Virus record (IMG/VR): IMGVR_UViG_3300001598_000053
Location: 1,029-65,028 of that record
DNA: 64,000 nucleotides
Origin: a virus
Direction: 5' to 3' (one strand)
Shown here: positions 29,839 to 38,833 of the stretch, one piece after another
Numbering within the stretch: the stretch's first letter is position 1
Layout of the letters: every line of letters starts with the position of its first letter
The notes under the pieces: generated by a model
What the model was told of the DNA's origin: nothing
Databases searched by the model: none
Seen by the model: only the letters and a program-made list of their open reading frames with translations
Position numbers and translations under genes: made by a program

Positions 29839-30114
29839 ATGCCAGACAAGATCATGCAGAACCATTACCGACTAACATTTACTAAGGACAACGAAGGGTA
29901 CATCCAGCGCTGTCTGGAAACTGGAAGAACTCCTGACAGAGCAGATGCATTTGAGATCGATCAGTCAGTCGCGCTTACTAGAATGTTCTCTCAGCTAGAG
30001 ATGTCTATGTTCAACATGGAGAGTAGCAAGATTGTGGAGTCAGACTTCGACTCTATGTGCGCTAAGCTCAAGAGCGACCTCATCGCAAAAGGCTTTATCC
30101 AAAAGATTTATTAA
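29839..30114 (+). CDS. hypothetical protein
   Basis: SD GGAGG. Confidence 0.5.
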   Translation: MPDKIMQNHYRLTFTKDNEGYIQRCLETGRTPDRADAFEIDQSVALTRMFSQLEMSMFNMESSKIVESDFDSMCAKLKSDLIAKGFIQKIY

Positions 30115-30186
30115 TTATTTCTGCCAAGGCTATTTACATTTCGATATCCTTATGGTATAATATAGGTAGATAAGGAGATTGATACT

Positions 30187-30636
30187 ATGAAGATTTATTT
30201 AGCCAGTTCATTCGCGTATGAGGACAGAGCCTTGACAGAGGCTAGAAAGAAGACAATGGCAGAAGCTCAAGCTATGCTAGAGGGAAAAGGCTTCGATGTC
30301 TACAACCCTTCTACCTTGAAGATTGAGAATGCTTGGGATTATTCTATGTGGGACTGGGGAGACTTGGTTTATCAGGAAGACAAGAAGAACGTTGACAGTT
30401 CAGATTTGGTCGTCATGCTGTCTTACGGAAAAGAGAACAACGCTGGTTCTGCTTGGGAATGTGGATATGCAGCTGGAATAAATAAAGCTGTGATACTAGT
30501 GAGCATGAACCCTTCTCAGCCAGAGAGCTTGATGCTGGTCCATTCCGCGCATGCGTGCTTAGACGGATTAGATGGCTTGAGAGAGTATGACTTCAGCAAT
30601 ATGCCTAAGATGAGAATAGACAGAATTGAGAGTTGA
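30187..30636 (+). CDS. nucleoside 2-deoxyribosyltransferase-family protein
   Basis: N-terminal KIYLASSF and DLVVMLSYG...ECGYAAGINKAVILV resemble the NDT fold (IYFGAGWF; ELGYAL..GK.V); SD AAGGAGA. Confidence 0.5.
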   Translation: MKIYLASSFAYEDRALTEARKKTMAEAQAMLEGKGFDVYNPSTLKIENAWDYSMWDWGDLVYQEDKKNVDSSDLVVMLSYGKENNAGSAWECGYAAGINKAVILVSMNPSQPESLMLVHSAHACLDGLDGLREYDFSNMPKMRIDRIES

Positions 30637-30638
30637 TA

Positions 30639-30660
30639 ACTATTGCTAAATTCAATGTAG
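30639..30660 (+). promoter_or_regulatory. variant of late motif (CTATTGCTAAATTCAATGTAGG)
   Basis: downstream of NDT-like gene, upstream of NADAR gene. Confidence 0.3.
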
Positions 30661-30815
30661 GCAGCAAACAGATTATTATACCACCTCCATTCATGCGCGT
30701 CTACAAATATAATATGAGCCTAAGAGAAATCTTGGGTTCTTTTTATTTACAGAAGAGATATCTAAATTAAATACTGTATATTATATTGAACGTTTAATTA
30801 TAAGGAGAGTAGATT

Positions 30816-31382
30816 ATGATTTATAACAGAGAAGACATCGTTGCATTCTGGCAGACTGACAATACTCCGAACGCTATTTATTCACAGTGGTATAAAGCGC
30901 CATTCACTTATGACGGAATAGAATTCAGCTGCTGTGAGCAATTCATGATGTATTGCAAAGCAAAGGCTTTCGGCGACGATGAAAAAGCAGAGGTTATTCT
31001 GCAAGACACTAACCCGCACTACATGAAGCACCATGGCAGAGAGGTCGTTAATTTCAAACAAGATGTTTGGGATAGCATTAAGTTCAGCATCGTAGCAAAC
31101 GGCAATAAGGCTAAGTTCTCTCAGAATGAAGAACTCAAGAAAGCATTGATTGCGACAGGAGACAAGGTTATAGTAGAGGCAAGCCCATTTGATACTATCT
31201 GGGGAATCGGAATGCTAGAGAATAGTCCAGACATCGTAGATGACTCTAAGTGGCAAGGCCAGAATCTTCTAGGCAAAGCGCTAATGCAAGTAAGAGCTGA
31301 GCTCATCAAAGAAGCTGAGGCAGAAGCAGCTGCTGCGCCTAAGAGAAAGACCAGAGCTAAAAAGACTGCTGTAGCAGAATAA
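30816..31382 (+). CDS. NADAR-domain (YbiA/DUF1768-like) protein with K-rich tail
   Basis: QWYKAPFTYDGIEFSCCEQFMMYCKAKAFGD matches the NADAR family signature; SD AAGGAGAG. Confidence 0.6.
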   Translation: MIYNREDIVAFWQTDNTPNAIYSQWYKAPFTYDGIEFSCCEQFMMYCKAKAFGDDEKAEVILQDTNPHYMKHHGREVVNFKQDVWDSIKFSIVANGNKAKFSQNEELKKALIATGDKVIVEASPFDTIWGIGMLENSPDIVDDSKWQGQNLLGKALMQVRAELIKEAEAEAAAAPKRKTRAKKTAVAE

Positions 31383-31441
31383 GACATGACAGGCGATTAT
31401 GACAGTAGTCGCCTTTTGTTTAATGAAAGGAAAACTATATT

Positions 31442-32041
31442 ATGGGAAGACTGAAATTCTATTATGGGACCATGGGATGTTCTAAGACGGCTAATGCGCT
31501 GATGACTAGATTCCAGTATCAAGACAGAGGGCAGATCGTCTGGCTGATCAAACCTGCTACTGATACTAGAGATGATACGGTAGATGCCAATGGAATCACT
31601 CATTCAATCATCAAGTCCAGAGTCGGCATCAAGGCAGAAGCTGATGTAGTTGCTGAGACAGATAATCTCATAGAGCTGTTCGGCAAGCGCAATATCTGGT
31701 GCAACGTTATAATCTGTGACGAAGCGCAGTTCCTCACTGAGAAGCAGGTTGAGCAGCTGAAGGACATAGCCACAGTCTATGACACAGACGTTATTTGCTA
31801 CGGGCTAAGAACAGACTTCAAGACCAAGCTGTTCCCTGGTTCTCAGAGACTGTTTGAGCTGGCTGATAAGATAGTAGAGCTAAACAATGTCTGCGATTGT
31901 GGAAAGCCAGCTATGGTCAACGCCAGAATCGACAGCTTGGGAAGAGTGCTCGTCAAAGGAAGTCAAGTAGACATTGGCGGAGATGAGAAATACAAGGCTC
32001 TGTGCTGGAGCTGCTATAAGAAAAAGATAAGAACGATGTAG
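31442..32041 (+). CDS. tdk: thymidine kinase (TK1 type)
   Basis: P-loop GTMGCSKT, VIICDEAQFL, C-terminal zinc motif CDCGKPAMVNARI...CWSCY. Confidence 0.85.
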   Translation: MGRLKFYYGTMGCSKTANALMTRFQYQDRGQIVWLIKPATDTRDDTVDANGITHSIIKSRVGIKAEADVVAETDNLIELFGKRNIWCNVIICDEAQFLTEKQVEQLKDIATVYDTDVICYGLRTDFKTKLFPGSQRLFELADKIVELNNVCDCGKPAMVNARIDSLGRVLVKGSQVDIGGDEKYKALCWSCYKKKIRTM

Positions 32042-32075
32042 CTCAACCGCTGCATCTTTTTTATTTGCCTGCAGT

Positions 32076-32098
32076 ATATTTGCTAAATTATTTGATAT
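32076..32098 (+). promoter_or_regulatory. putative late promoter motif ATATTTGCTAAATTATTTGAT
   Basis: conserved motif 20-45 nt upstream of the ribosome-binding site of gene 32118. Confidence 0.5.
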
Positions 32099-32117
32099 GA
32101 CGCAAAGGAGATCGTTT

Positions 32118-33269
32118 ATGGATTTTAACAGTGCAATAGAAGAACTAAATAAATGCTCGCTTACCGAAGCTGCTGCATATACCCCTGTCACTGGATTGAC
32201 AGATGCTGAGAAGGCTACGGCTAAAGACTTGTTCGACCAAGCGGTTAAAGCAGGTTATATAGATATAGAGAATTTCCACAAAGCTTTCGATGACGGCATC
32301 GTGGCTGATGGTTTAGTAGATGTGTTCGGAGCAGATGGATACTTGATTGGATCTTACATCTACCCTAAGGTAAGGGATGTCAAGACGCTATCTGGCAGAG
32401 CCTGCAAAAAGCTATGGGTATACCAATTTGCTAAAGACGCTTCTCAGAAGCTAGTCAAGAGCAAGGCTGAATTCGACAATATCAAAGCTAAGGAGCAGGC
32501 AAAGTTAGACGCTGAGAAGAAAGCTGCAGAAGAGAAGAAGCTAAGGCTCGCTAATGTCAAAGCCAAAGCCGAGAAAGCAAATAGATTGTTAGATAAGCTA
32601 GGTGATAACCCAGAGTATGAAGACTTGTTGGGAAGATATGAAGAGGCAGTTGGCTCAAAGGCTAAGATGAAAATAGATGTTGGCAACGTGCAAGAAGACA
32701 CAGTGTATGTTAACATAATAGACCCAAAAGCAAATGACGGAAGATGCATTCAAAGAGCGGTTACAATATCAGAGAATGATGACCCAATGGATATCATCGA
32801 TAGAGTAATGGATAGAGTAACAAGCGCGCTAGAGCAAGACATCATTACTGCTAAGCAAAGAGCTGAAGCAGAGCATGCAGCCGACGTCAAGAAAGAGAAA
32901 TTGGCTCAGCAGCATTTGGAATTCCTACTTAACTCTGAATTTAAATATGAATTAAAAGATATGTCAACTGGAAAATTAGTACCAGAATTAATGTGGAAAG
33001 ACGAGTGCTTAGATGAGAAGTATAAAATTATTGCTGCGTATAAGACTACATCAAGCACTGGACGCTGCTATTATGACTACAAAGGATATTATAGCATCAT
33101 AAGTGACCTCACAACTCTCGATGAGCTTAAGTTAGACCTTACTAAAAATGGTCCATTCGGATCTATAACAAAAGTAGTAGACCCAGACCCTTCTGACAAC
33201 AGATATGTTAACAAGCCTCCATTCGACTTATTTGTATTTGATGAAGACGAGTGCGACTCAGGCGACTAA
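32118..33269 (+). CDS. hypothetical lysine-rich protein
   Basis: SD AAAGGAGA before ATG 32118; preceded by late motif 32076-32098. Confidence 0.55.
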   Translation: MDFNSAIEELNKCSLTEAAAYTPVTGLTDAEKATAKDLFDQAVKAGYIDIENFHKAFDDGIVADGLVDVFGADGYLIGSYIYPKVRDVKTLSGRACKKLWVYQFAKDASQKLVKSKAEFDNIKAKEQAKLDAEKKAAEEKKLRLANVKAKAEKANRLLDKLGDNPEYEDLLGRYEEAVGSKAKMKIDVGNVQEDTVYVNIIDPKANDGRCIQRAVTISENDDPMDIIDRVMDRVTSALEQDIITAKQRAEAEHAADVKKEKLAQQHLEFLLNSEFKYELKDMSTGKLVPELMWKDECLDEKYKIIAAYKTTSSTGRCYYDYKGYYSIISDLTTLDELKLDLTKNGPFGSITKVVDPDPSDNRYVNKPPFDLFVFDEDECDSGD

Positions 33270-33361
33270 TTAAATATCAAAAAAACAAAGAGCACCTTTA
33301 AACGAGGTGCTTTTTTATTGTATTCTATAATAGACTCAATTTTATATTGGAGGTAAATATT

Positions 33362-33898
33362 ATGAACAAATACATTTTCTTAGACGTCGATGGCGTATTG
33401 AATAGTGAGGCTTGGCTATTGAACACAAGAGACGAATATGCAATCAATGACTATGATGACATAGACGATAATTGTTTGGCTATGCTTGCGTCTATTGTAG
33501 ACAGAAACCCAGGAACTAGAATCGTGCTGAGCTCCAGCTGGAGACATGACATAGAATTCGAAGACGGAGAAGCTAAATCTGAAGATGTCTCTACTAAGAT
33601 TCTTTTGGATAAGCTCGATAAGCTCGGACTCAAGCTGTATGATAAGACTCCTACGTTCTTCTCAAAGTTCGCCCGCTTAGGTGTCAAGTGCAAATGGACG
33701 AGAGACTATGAGATTCTGAGCTATGTCGGAAGCCATTTAGAAGACGGCGACTCATTTGTAATCTTTGACGACGAGAATATCGATACACATAAAGTGTTCA
33801 ATAAGAGATTCATAAGAACTAAGTTCAGCACTGGCTTGACTAGAGAAGACGCTGACTTAGCTTGCGAGATCCTCAATATCCATTGGGAAAGAGAATAA
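33362..33898 (+). CDS. HAD-superfamily hydrolase (putative nucleotidase/phosphatase)
   Basis: HAD motif I FLDVDGVLN; SD GGAGGT 8 nt before ATG 33362. Confidence 0.55.
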   Translation: MNKYIFLDVDGVLNSEAWLLNTRDEYAINDYDDIDDNCLAMLASIVDRNPGTRIVLSSSWRHDIEFEDGEAKSEDVSTKILLDKLDKLGLKLYDKTPTFFSKFARLGVKCKWTRDYEILSYVGSHLEDGDSFVIFDDENIDTHKVFNKRFIRTKFSTGLTREDADLACEILNIHWERE

Positions 33899-33899
33899 T

Positions 33900-34547
33900 A
33901 TGGCTAGGCATCTAAACACTCTAGTATCAGGAATATTGTCTGGTGTGCTGATCGCTATAGGCGGGACGGCATTCTTACTGACTAAGCAGTATAGCGTAGT
34001 AGTTGCGAGCTTCATGTTCTCTATAGGCTTGTTCGCCATCATAGCACTTAAGCTGAATCTCTACACCGGCAAGATTGGATATGCTTTTGCGAATAAGAAA
34101 TCATACATACTAGACTTATTGATTATCTATCTTGGCAATGCCATTGGAGTTTTCATGTGCGGGCTATTCGCATATTTGGCTAAATTGCCGTTTAGTGAAA
34201 TAGCCAATGAGGTCTGTGCCACAAAGCTGTCTGACGTATCTTATTTAGGATTGGCAGTGAAAAGCGTAGGATGCGGCATATTGATATTCTTAGCCGTTGA
34301 GCTGCAGAAGAGAGACCTAGATGCCATATGGAAACTGTTTGGCATAGTGGTTTGTATCATGGCTTTTATCCTATCTGGATTTGAGCATTGCATCGCCGAC
34401 ATGTTCTATCTATTTGCTGCAGGATGCTATTCGGCCAAAGCAGTTGTTTTCATTGCGGTAGTCACATTAGGCAATAGCATAGGGTCTATTATTTTTAGAC
34501 AGGCGCTCGACTTATTGTCTAAAACTAGCAAAAGCAATATTGTATAA
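33900..34547 (+). CDS. polytopic membrane protein (possible small-molecule/nucleoside transporter)
   Basis: 6-7 predicted hydrophobic helices; sits in nucleotide-salvage cluster. Confidence 0.45.
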   Translation: MARHLNTLVSGILSGVLIAIGGTAFLLTKQYSVVVASFMFSIGLFAIIALKLNLYTGKIGYAFANKKSYILDLLIIYLGNAIGVFMCGLFAYLAKLPFSEIANEVCATKLSDVSYLGLAVKSVGCGILIFLAVELQKRDLDAIWKLFGIVVCIMAFILSGFEHCIADMFYLFAAGCYSAKAVVFIAVVTLGNSIGSIIFRQALDLLSKTSKSNIV

Positions 34548-34585
34548 TATTATAGAATTATAATAGCAAGAAAGGATTTTTATAG

Positions 34586-34927
34586 ATGATGACAGAAGAA
34601 GAATTCAAAGCGCTTACTTTATCTCTTGAAGAAGAAAAGCAGAAGAGAGCTAAGGCACAAGCAATCAAAGATAACATAGAAGAATTGAAAGAGATATTAA
34701 TAAAAGACAATCCATTTGAATACATTGATTTCTCTACATTGATCGTCCACAGAACAGTGTGCATGGACAGCGCAGGAAAGAGAAGCAGAACTGAGAAGCA
34801 CGGTATTGAGTTTGATAAGGAAGATACTAGAAGACTCATTGCTTGGCAGATCGCGACATTGACAGTCAAGTTAGCAGAATTGGAAGGCGGAGACAGCGGT
34901 GAAAAAGATAGCGACGATAACAACTAA
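34586..34927 (+). CDS. hypothetical protein
   Basis: SD AAAGGA; ORF. Confidence 0.5.
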   Translation: MMTEEEFKALTLSLEEEKQKRAKAQAIKDNIEELKEILIKDNPFEYIDFSTLIVHRTVCMDSAGKRSRTEKHGIEFDKEDTRRLIAWQIATLTVKLAELEGGDSGEKDSDDNN

Positions 34928-35201
34928 GGTATTAGCAAAGAGCTATGACACAATCGATTTGCTGATAACGAGAACGCATGATACTTCGACATCGCTAATC
35001 AATTACCAACTCATTAAAAAATACATTGAGTGCTTCAGAGATTCTGCTCAGAGATATAACAGCGGAGATGAAGGCCTTCATACAGTAGAGGTGCTGCTTC
35101 ATTCTGCTACATGGATAACTCTTTACCAAGGTCCAAGCGATAATGTAGATTATGTCGGCTTAGTCAAGACAATGAAAGACTGGCTGAGCAGAAAGGAATA
35201 A
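34899..35201 (+). CDS. hypothetical protein
   Basis: overlapping ORF, start uncertain. Confidence 0.35.
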   Translation: MKKIATITTKVLAKSYDTIDLLITRTHDTSTSLINYQLIKKYIECFRDSAQRYNSGDEGLHTVEVLLHSATWITLYQGPSDNVDYVGLVKTMKDWLSRKE

Positions 35202-35205
35202 CCGC

Positions 35206-35802
35206 ATGGGAGTAATTATTGGAATATCAGTATTAGGCATCTTATTAGTCGCGGCAGTTATCTTTGCTTATTTCATATTATCAAAAGACAAGGCAAGAGC
35301 AAATAAAAAGAATGTCACCGCAAAGAGAACCATTGATACAAATGAAGAACACTTCGAGACATATAATTTTCTTGATGAGCCAGTGCTTACTTCAAATAAA
35401 AGCGAAACAATTAAAGAAGAAGACCAAGCACCAGTCATTGCAGTTGAGGTTGATTCAGCTGAAGACCTAATTAAATCTATTAACCTTGAAGAAATAGATA
35501 GAATAGTAAATGAAGTCATGTGCTCTTTAAAAGATCAGATAGATACTGAAGCGGCTAGGATAAAAAAAGAAATAGACGAAAACGAATATGTAGTAGTCAG
35601 AAACAAGCTTAAGGTATTGAGCCGCAATGCAGCAGTGGTCAATGGCATGACAAAACTATACTTGAGTGTGAAAGACGAATTCACAGGAAGAAGAGAAGAA
35701 GTCGAAGTGCCAGAAGATATCTACTGGTCATATGGAAAAGCTGGATATTATGAGTCTGATTTGTTCACTCATACAGCAGTTCAAAAGAAAAAAGCAAAAT
35801 AA
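35206..35802 (+). CDS. membrane-anchored hypothetical protein
   Basis: N-terminal TM GVIIGISVLGILLVAAVIFAYFIL; SD AAAGGAA. Confidence 0.55.
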   Translation: MGVIIGISVLGILLVAAVIFAYFILSKDKARANKKNVTAKRTIDTNEEHFETYNFLDEPVLTSNKSETIKEEDQAPVIAVEVDSAEDLIKSINLEEIDRIVNEVMCSLKDQIDTEAARIKKEIDENEYVVVRNKLKVLSRNAAVVNGMTKLYLSVKDEFTGRREEVEVPEDIYWSYGKAGYYESDLFTHTAVQKKKAK

Positions 35803-35843
35803 TACCAAATGCCTTCTAATTAAATGAAGGCTTTTATTTATTA

Positions 35844-35865
35844 TCATTTGCTAAATTATATGATA
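35844..35865 (+). promoter_or_regulatory. putative late promoter motif ATCATTTGCTAAATTATATGAT
   Basis: upstream of Gly-rich structural gene; follows terminator GCCTTC..GAAGGC. Confidence 0.5.
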
Positions 35866-35891
35866 ATTAAAAAAAATAGGAGGTAATCTCT

Positions 35892-37253
35892 ATGGCAACG
35901 GTTATTAATCCAAATGTAAGTACATCAGACGCCGGTGGCGGCGGCGGAAGTGCCTATAGCTCAGGCACAGGCTCACTCGTTTATACACCATCAAATTTTA
36001 AGTCAGGTTCTAAGGACTTAGCTGACATTGTTAGGCTTGTCGATGATTACAATAACATAAGCATTACTGATTCTAGCATTTTTAAAACATTAGAATCATA
36101 CAAATTAAGTTCTAATACAATCGATTATATAGTTAATACTGCAAGTACTAGTGGCGGAGGATATGCTTGGGGAAATGAGACTGTAAGCACAAATTATCGT
36201 TACGGTTCAGATGATCTGATCCCATTTGTGTCAAAAGCATCTACTCCTTGCATAAAGACTTCATCATATGCTCCTGGGTATGTTTACTGTGCAAAGTTAG
36301 AAGTAGGCAATAATTATTGGCTTAGATATGTACAGCCAACATCCACAGAGGAGTGCAAAATACAGTATTCAATAGTAAGCAGCACACCATCTTGGACAAC
36401 CGTGTCTACTGGTGCACATGGCGTATTTTTGTTGTTACAAGGCGCTGGTGGTGCTGGTGGCAGCGGCGATTTTGAGGGTGTAGTATTTGCAAATGGTCGT
36501 AACCAAGGAGGTGCAGGTGGCGGTGGAGGCGGATGTGTGCTAGCTTATATTAATTTAAAAAAATACTATGAAAATTGTTCAGACTCAGACCCATATGCAT
36601 ACATAAGCATCGGTGTTGGCGGCTCATACAATAGTAGCAAAAAAACACCAGGAAGCTATGGCGGAAGCACTTCTGTGACTATCGGCGACTCTATTGATAA
36701 TTATCACAAAATAGTAGCCACTGGCGGACGAGGCGGAGATTGTGGCTCTTATGGCCGTGGTACACGTGTTGATGCAACTGGCGGCTCAGGTGGCTATTCT
36801 TCTGAATCTGGCGCTGGCAATCTATTCTCTAATCCAATTAACAGATGCATGCATATTGTTGCTACTTGTGACGGCGAAAAAGGTGGAGACAGTGGGTATG
36901 TTTCACAAACTGGTAATAATTCTTCTAACGGTGACGCAAGTACTTCTGTTGATAGTCTAGCCCCAAAATATTTTAATGGTAGCATCGCTAAGAGCTATTA
37001 TCAGGTTGGCAGCTATTGTTATGGAAAAGGCACTTATGCTCTTAAGTATGGTTCTGACCCAACAGAATCTGGCGGCGGTGGAGGCGGTGCTTCTTTCTGT
37101 GGAGGCGCAATATTATCTGTATCAAGTGATCAAGCTTCACGAATAGGTTATGGAATGGGTGGCCAAGGCGCCAGAACTAATAGAGAAAAAATCGCATGCG
37201 CTGGCACAGCTGGCCAAAATGGTGTTTGCTATATTCTAAAAAATTATATATAA
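35892..37253 (+). CDS. glycine-rich (poly-G tracts) putative structural protein
   Basis: SD AGGAGGT; late motif 35844-35865 upstream; repeated GGGGG/GAGGAGG tracts. Confidence 0.55.
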   Translation: MATVINPNVSTSDAGGGGGSAYSSGTGSLVYTPSNFKSGSKDLADIVRLVDDYNNISITDSSIFKTLESYKLSSNTIDYIVNTASTSGGGYAWGNETVSTNYRYGSDDLIPFVSKASTPCIKTSSYAPGYVYCAKLEVGNNYWLRYVQPTSTEECKIQYSIVSSTPSWTTVSTGAHGVFLLLQGAGGAGGSGDFEGVVFANGRNQGGAGGGGGGCVLAYINLKKYYENCSDSDPYAYISIGVGGSYNSSKKTPGSYGGSTSVTIGDSIDNYHKIVATGGRGGDCGSYGRGTRVDATGGSGGYSSESGAGNLFSNPINRCMHIVATCDGEKGGDSGYVSQTGNNSSNGDASTSVDSLAPKYFNGSIAKSYYQVGSYCYGKGTYALKYGSDPTESGGGGGGASFCGGAILSVSSDQASRIGYGMGGQGARTNREKIACAGTAGQNGVCYILKNYI

Positions 37254-37270
37254 TTTTTACAATTATTAAT

Positions 37271-37311
37271 TTAGACCTGATTATTCAGGTCTTTTTTATT
37301 GTATAATATAT
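37271..37311 (+). promoter_or_regulatory. terminator (GACCTGATTATTCAGGTC + T6) followed by -35-less extended -10 TTATTGTATAATAT (second promoter class)
   Basis: TGTATAATAT recurs at 28051, 33317, 34538, 40040, 53687, 63296, 63813. Confidence 0.55.
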
Positions 37312-37332
37312 TAGACTATTTGGAGGTTTAAT

Positions 37333-38750
37333 ATGAATACTTTAATTAAATTCAGCAATTTCATCACAGCCATTTTTGCTTCTAATAGCAGATTATACAA
37401 AGAGGCAGTATTAAAAGAATATTCAAATGACAATGATATTAAGTATCTTCTTAATTTCTTATTGAATCCGTATATCACAACTGGCATCTCAGATAAAAAG
37501 TTCTTAAAAATGGAGCTTATGCCAAACAGAGAGATTCTTATTCCAGACGCGTCTTTATTCAATCTATTAGATTACATAAAGACTCATAATACTGGTGCTG
37601 ACAATTATTTAGAGACAGTTGCAAACTATTATCATAGACATGAATTAAATACTTCATTTCTATTGCCAATATTCAGAGGCTTGATAACGAAGAATCTGCC
37701 GTTAGGAATAGATGCTAAGACTGTCAATAAGATTATTCCTGGCCTAATTCCGACCTTCAATGTTCAGTTGGCCAATAAGTATTTCGATAATCCAAAAATC
37801 GTAGAAGGAAAGAAATTCGCATTGACGACGAAAATCGACGGCGGCAGAATCATAGCCATCAAGAAAAATGGCACAGCGAAATTCTATACAAGACAGGGCC
37901 AAGAATATGAAGGACTTGTAGATTTAAAAGAAGAGATGGAAAGATATATGCCAGATAATATTTGCTTAGATGGCGAAATAACTTTGCTAAATCCATACAT
38001 TCCAGCATTCGATTTTATAGCAGGAGTTGAGAGCACGAAAAAATTATCTTCAAAAGAACAATATAAAGAGACTATGAAGATAACTAGAAAAGACGGTGAA
38101 AAGCATGGCGTTAAAATGCTGGTGTTTGACTATATGACAGCAGATGAGTTTGAAGCCCAAACATGTGATAAGCCATACGGTCAACGCAGACAGATGCTTC
38201 AAGCTATTTGGGGAAAGCACTATGTTAAGCATAGAGCATTTCAATGTGGCGGACAGGATAAGCTAGTCAGCATGCAATTAGGCGCAATAGATGAAAGCAT
38301 CATGAAAACAGCATTTAATTTTTTGAGATTCTTCCTTTGCTTTATATAGGCGATGACACATCAGAGATTTTGAAATTATTAGATACTAATATCAAAGCCG
38401 GTGAAGAAGGCATAATGATCAACATTTTGGATGCGCCATATGAATTCAAGCGAACAAACAATCTATTGAAGGTCAAGAAAATGAATGATTTAGATTTAGA
38501 AGTAGTTGGATTCGAAGAAGGCTCAAATCGCCATTCTGGACGTCTAGGAGCACTTCTCGTAGACTATAAAGGAAATATTGTAAAAGTAGGTTCTGGTTTC
38601 TCAGACGAGCTCAGAGATGAAATCTGGAAGCATCAAGATGAATGGCTTGGAAGAACAATCGTAGTTCAATATTTCGAGGAAACCACGAATGACCAAGGCG
38701 GAATATCTCTTAGATTTCCTGTATATTTAGACTACAGAACAGATAAATAA
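37333..38750 (+). CDS. ATP-dependent DNA ligase, reading frame split at T6 homopolymer (38319-38324)
   Basis: Motif I KIDGGR in ORF 37333-38349; motif IV/V EGIMINIL, LLKVKK and OB domain in ORF 38337-38750; one extra T would fuse the frames. Confidence 0.7.
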
Positions 38751-38833
38751 TTAAAAAATTAACTAATATTAACGTATATTATAATGTGATTAATTAAACG
38801 AAAGGAATATTTAAATATGGATTATTAATTGCA

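Larger units (their letters stand above)
8890..30170 (+). promoter_or_regulatory. array of >40 near-consensus sigma-A promoters (TTTACA/TTTGCA - 17 nt - TGnTATAAT), one in front of almost every small early gene
   Basis: Examples (-35/-10): 9748/9768, 11482/11502, 12229/12249, 14426/14446, 17651/17671, 18140/18160, 19839/19859, 21302/21322, 22872/22892, 23731/23751, 25394/25414, 27318/27338. Confidence 0.8.

Noticed and set aside
33451-34042. Minus-strand ORFs inside HAD hydrolase and membrane-protein genes
   Set aside because: Antisense to well-supported + strand genes, low-complexity Ser/Leu-rich translations, no ribosome-binding sites.
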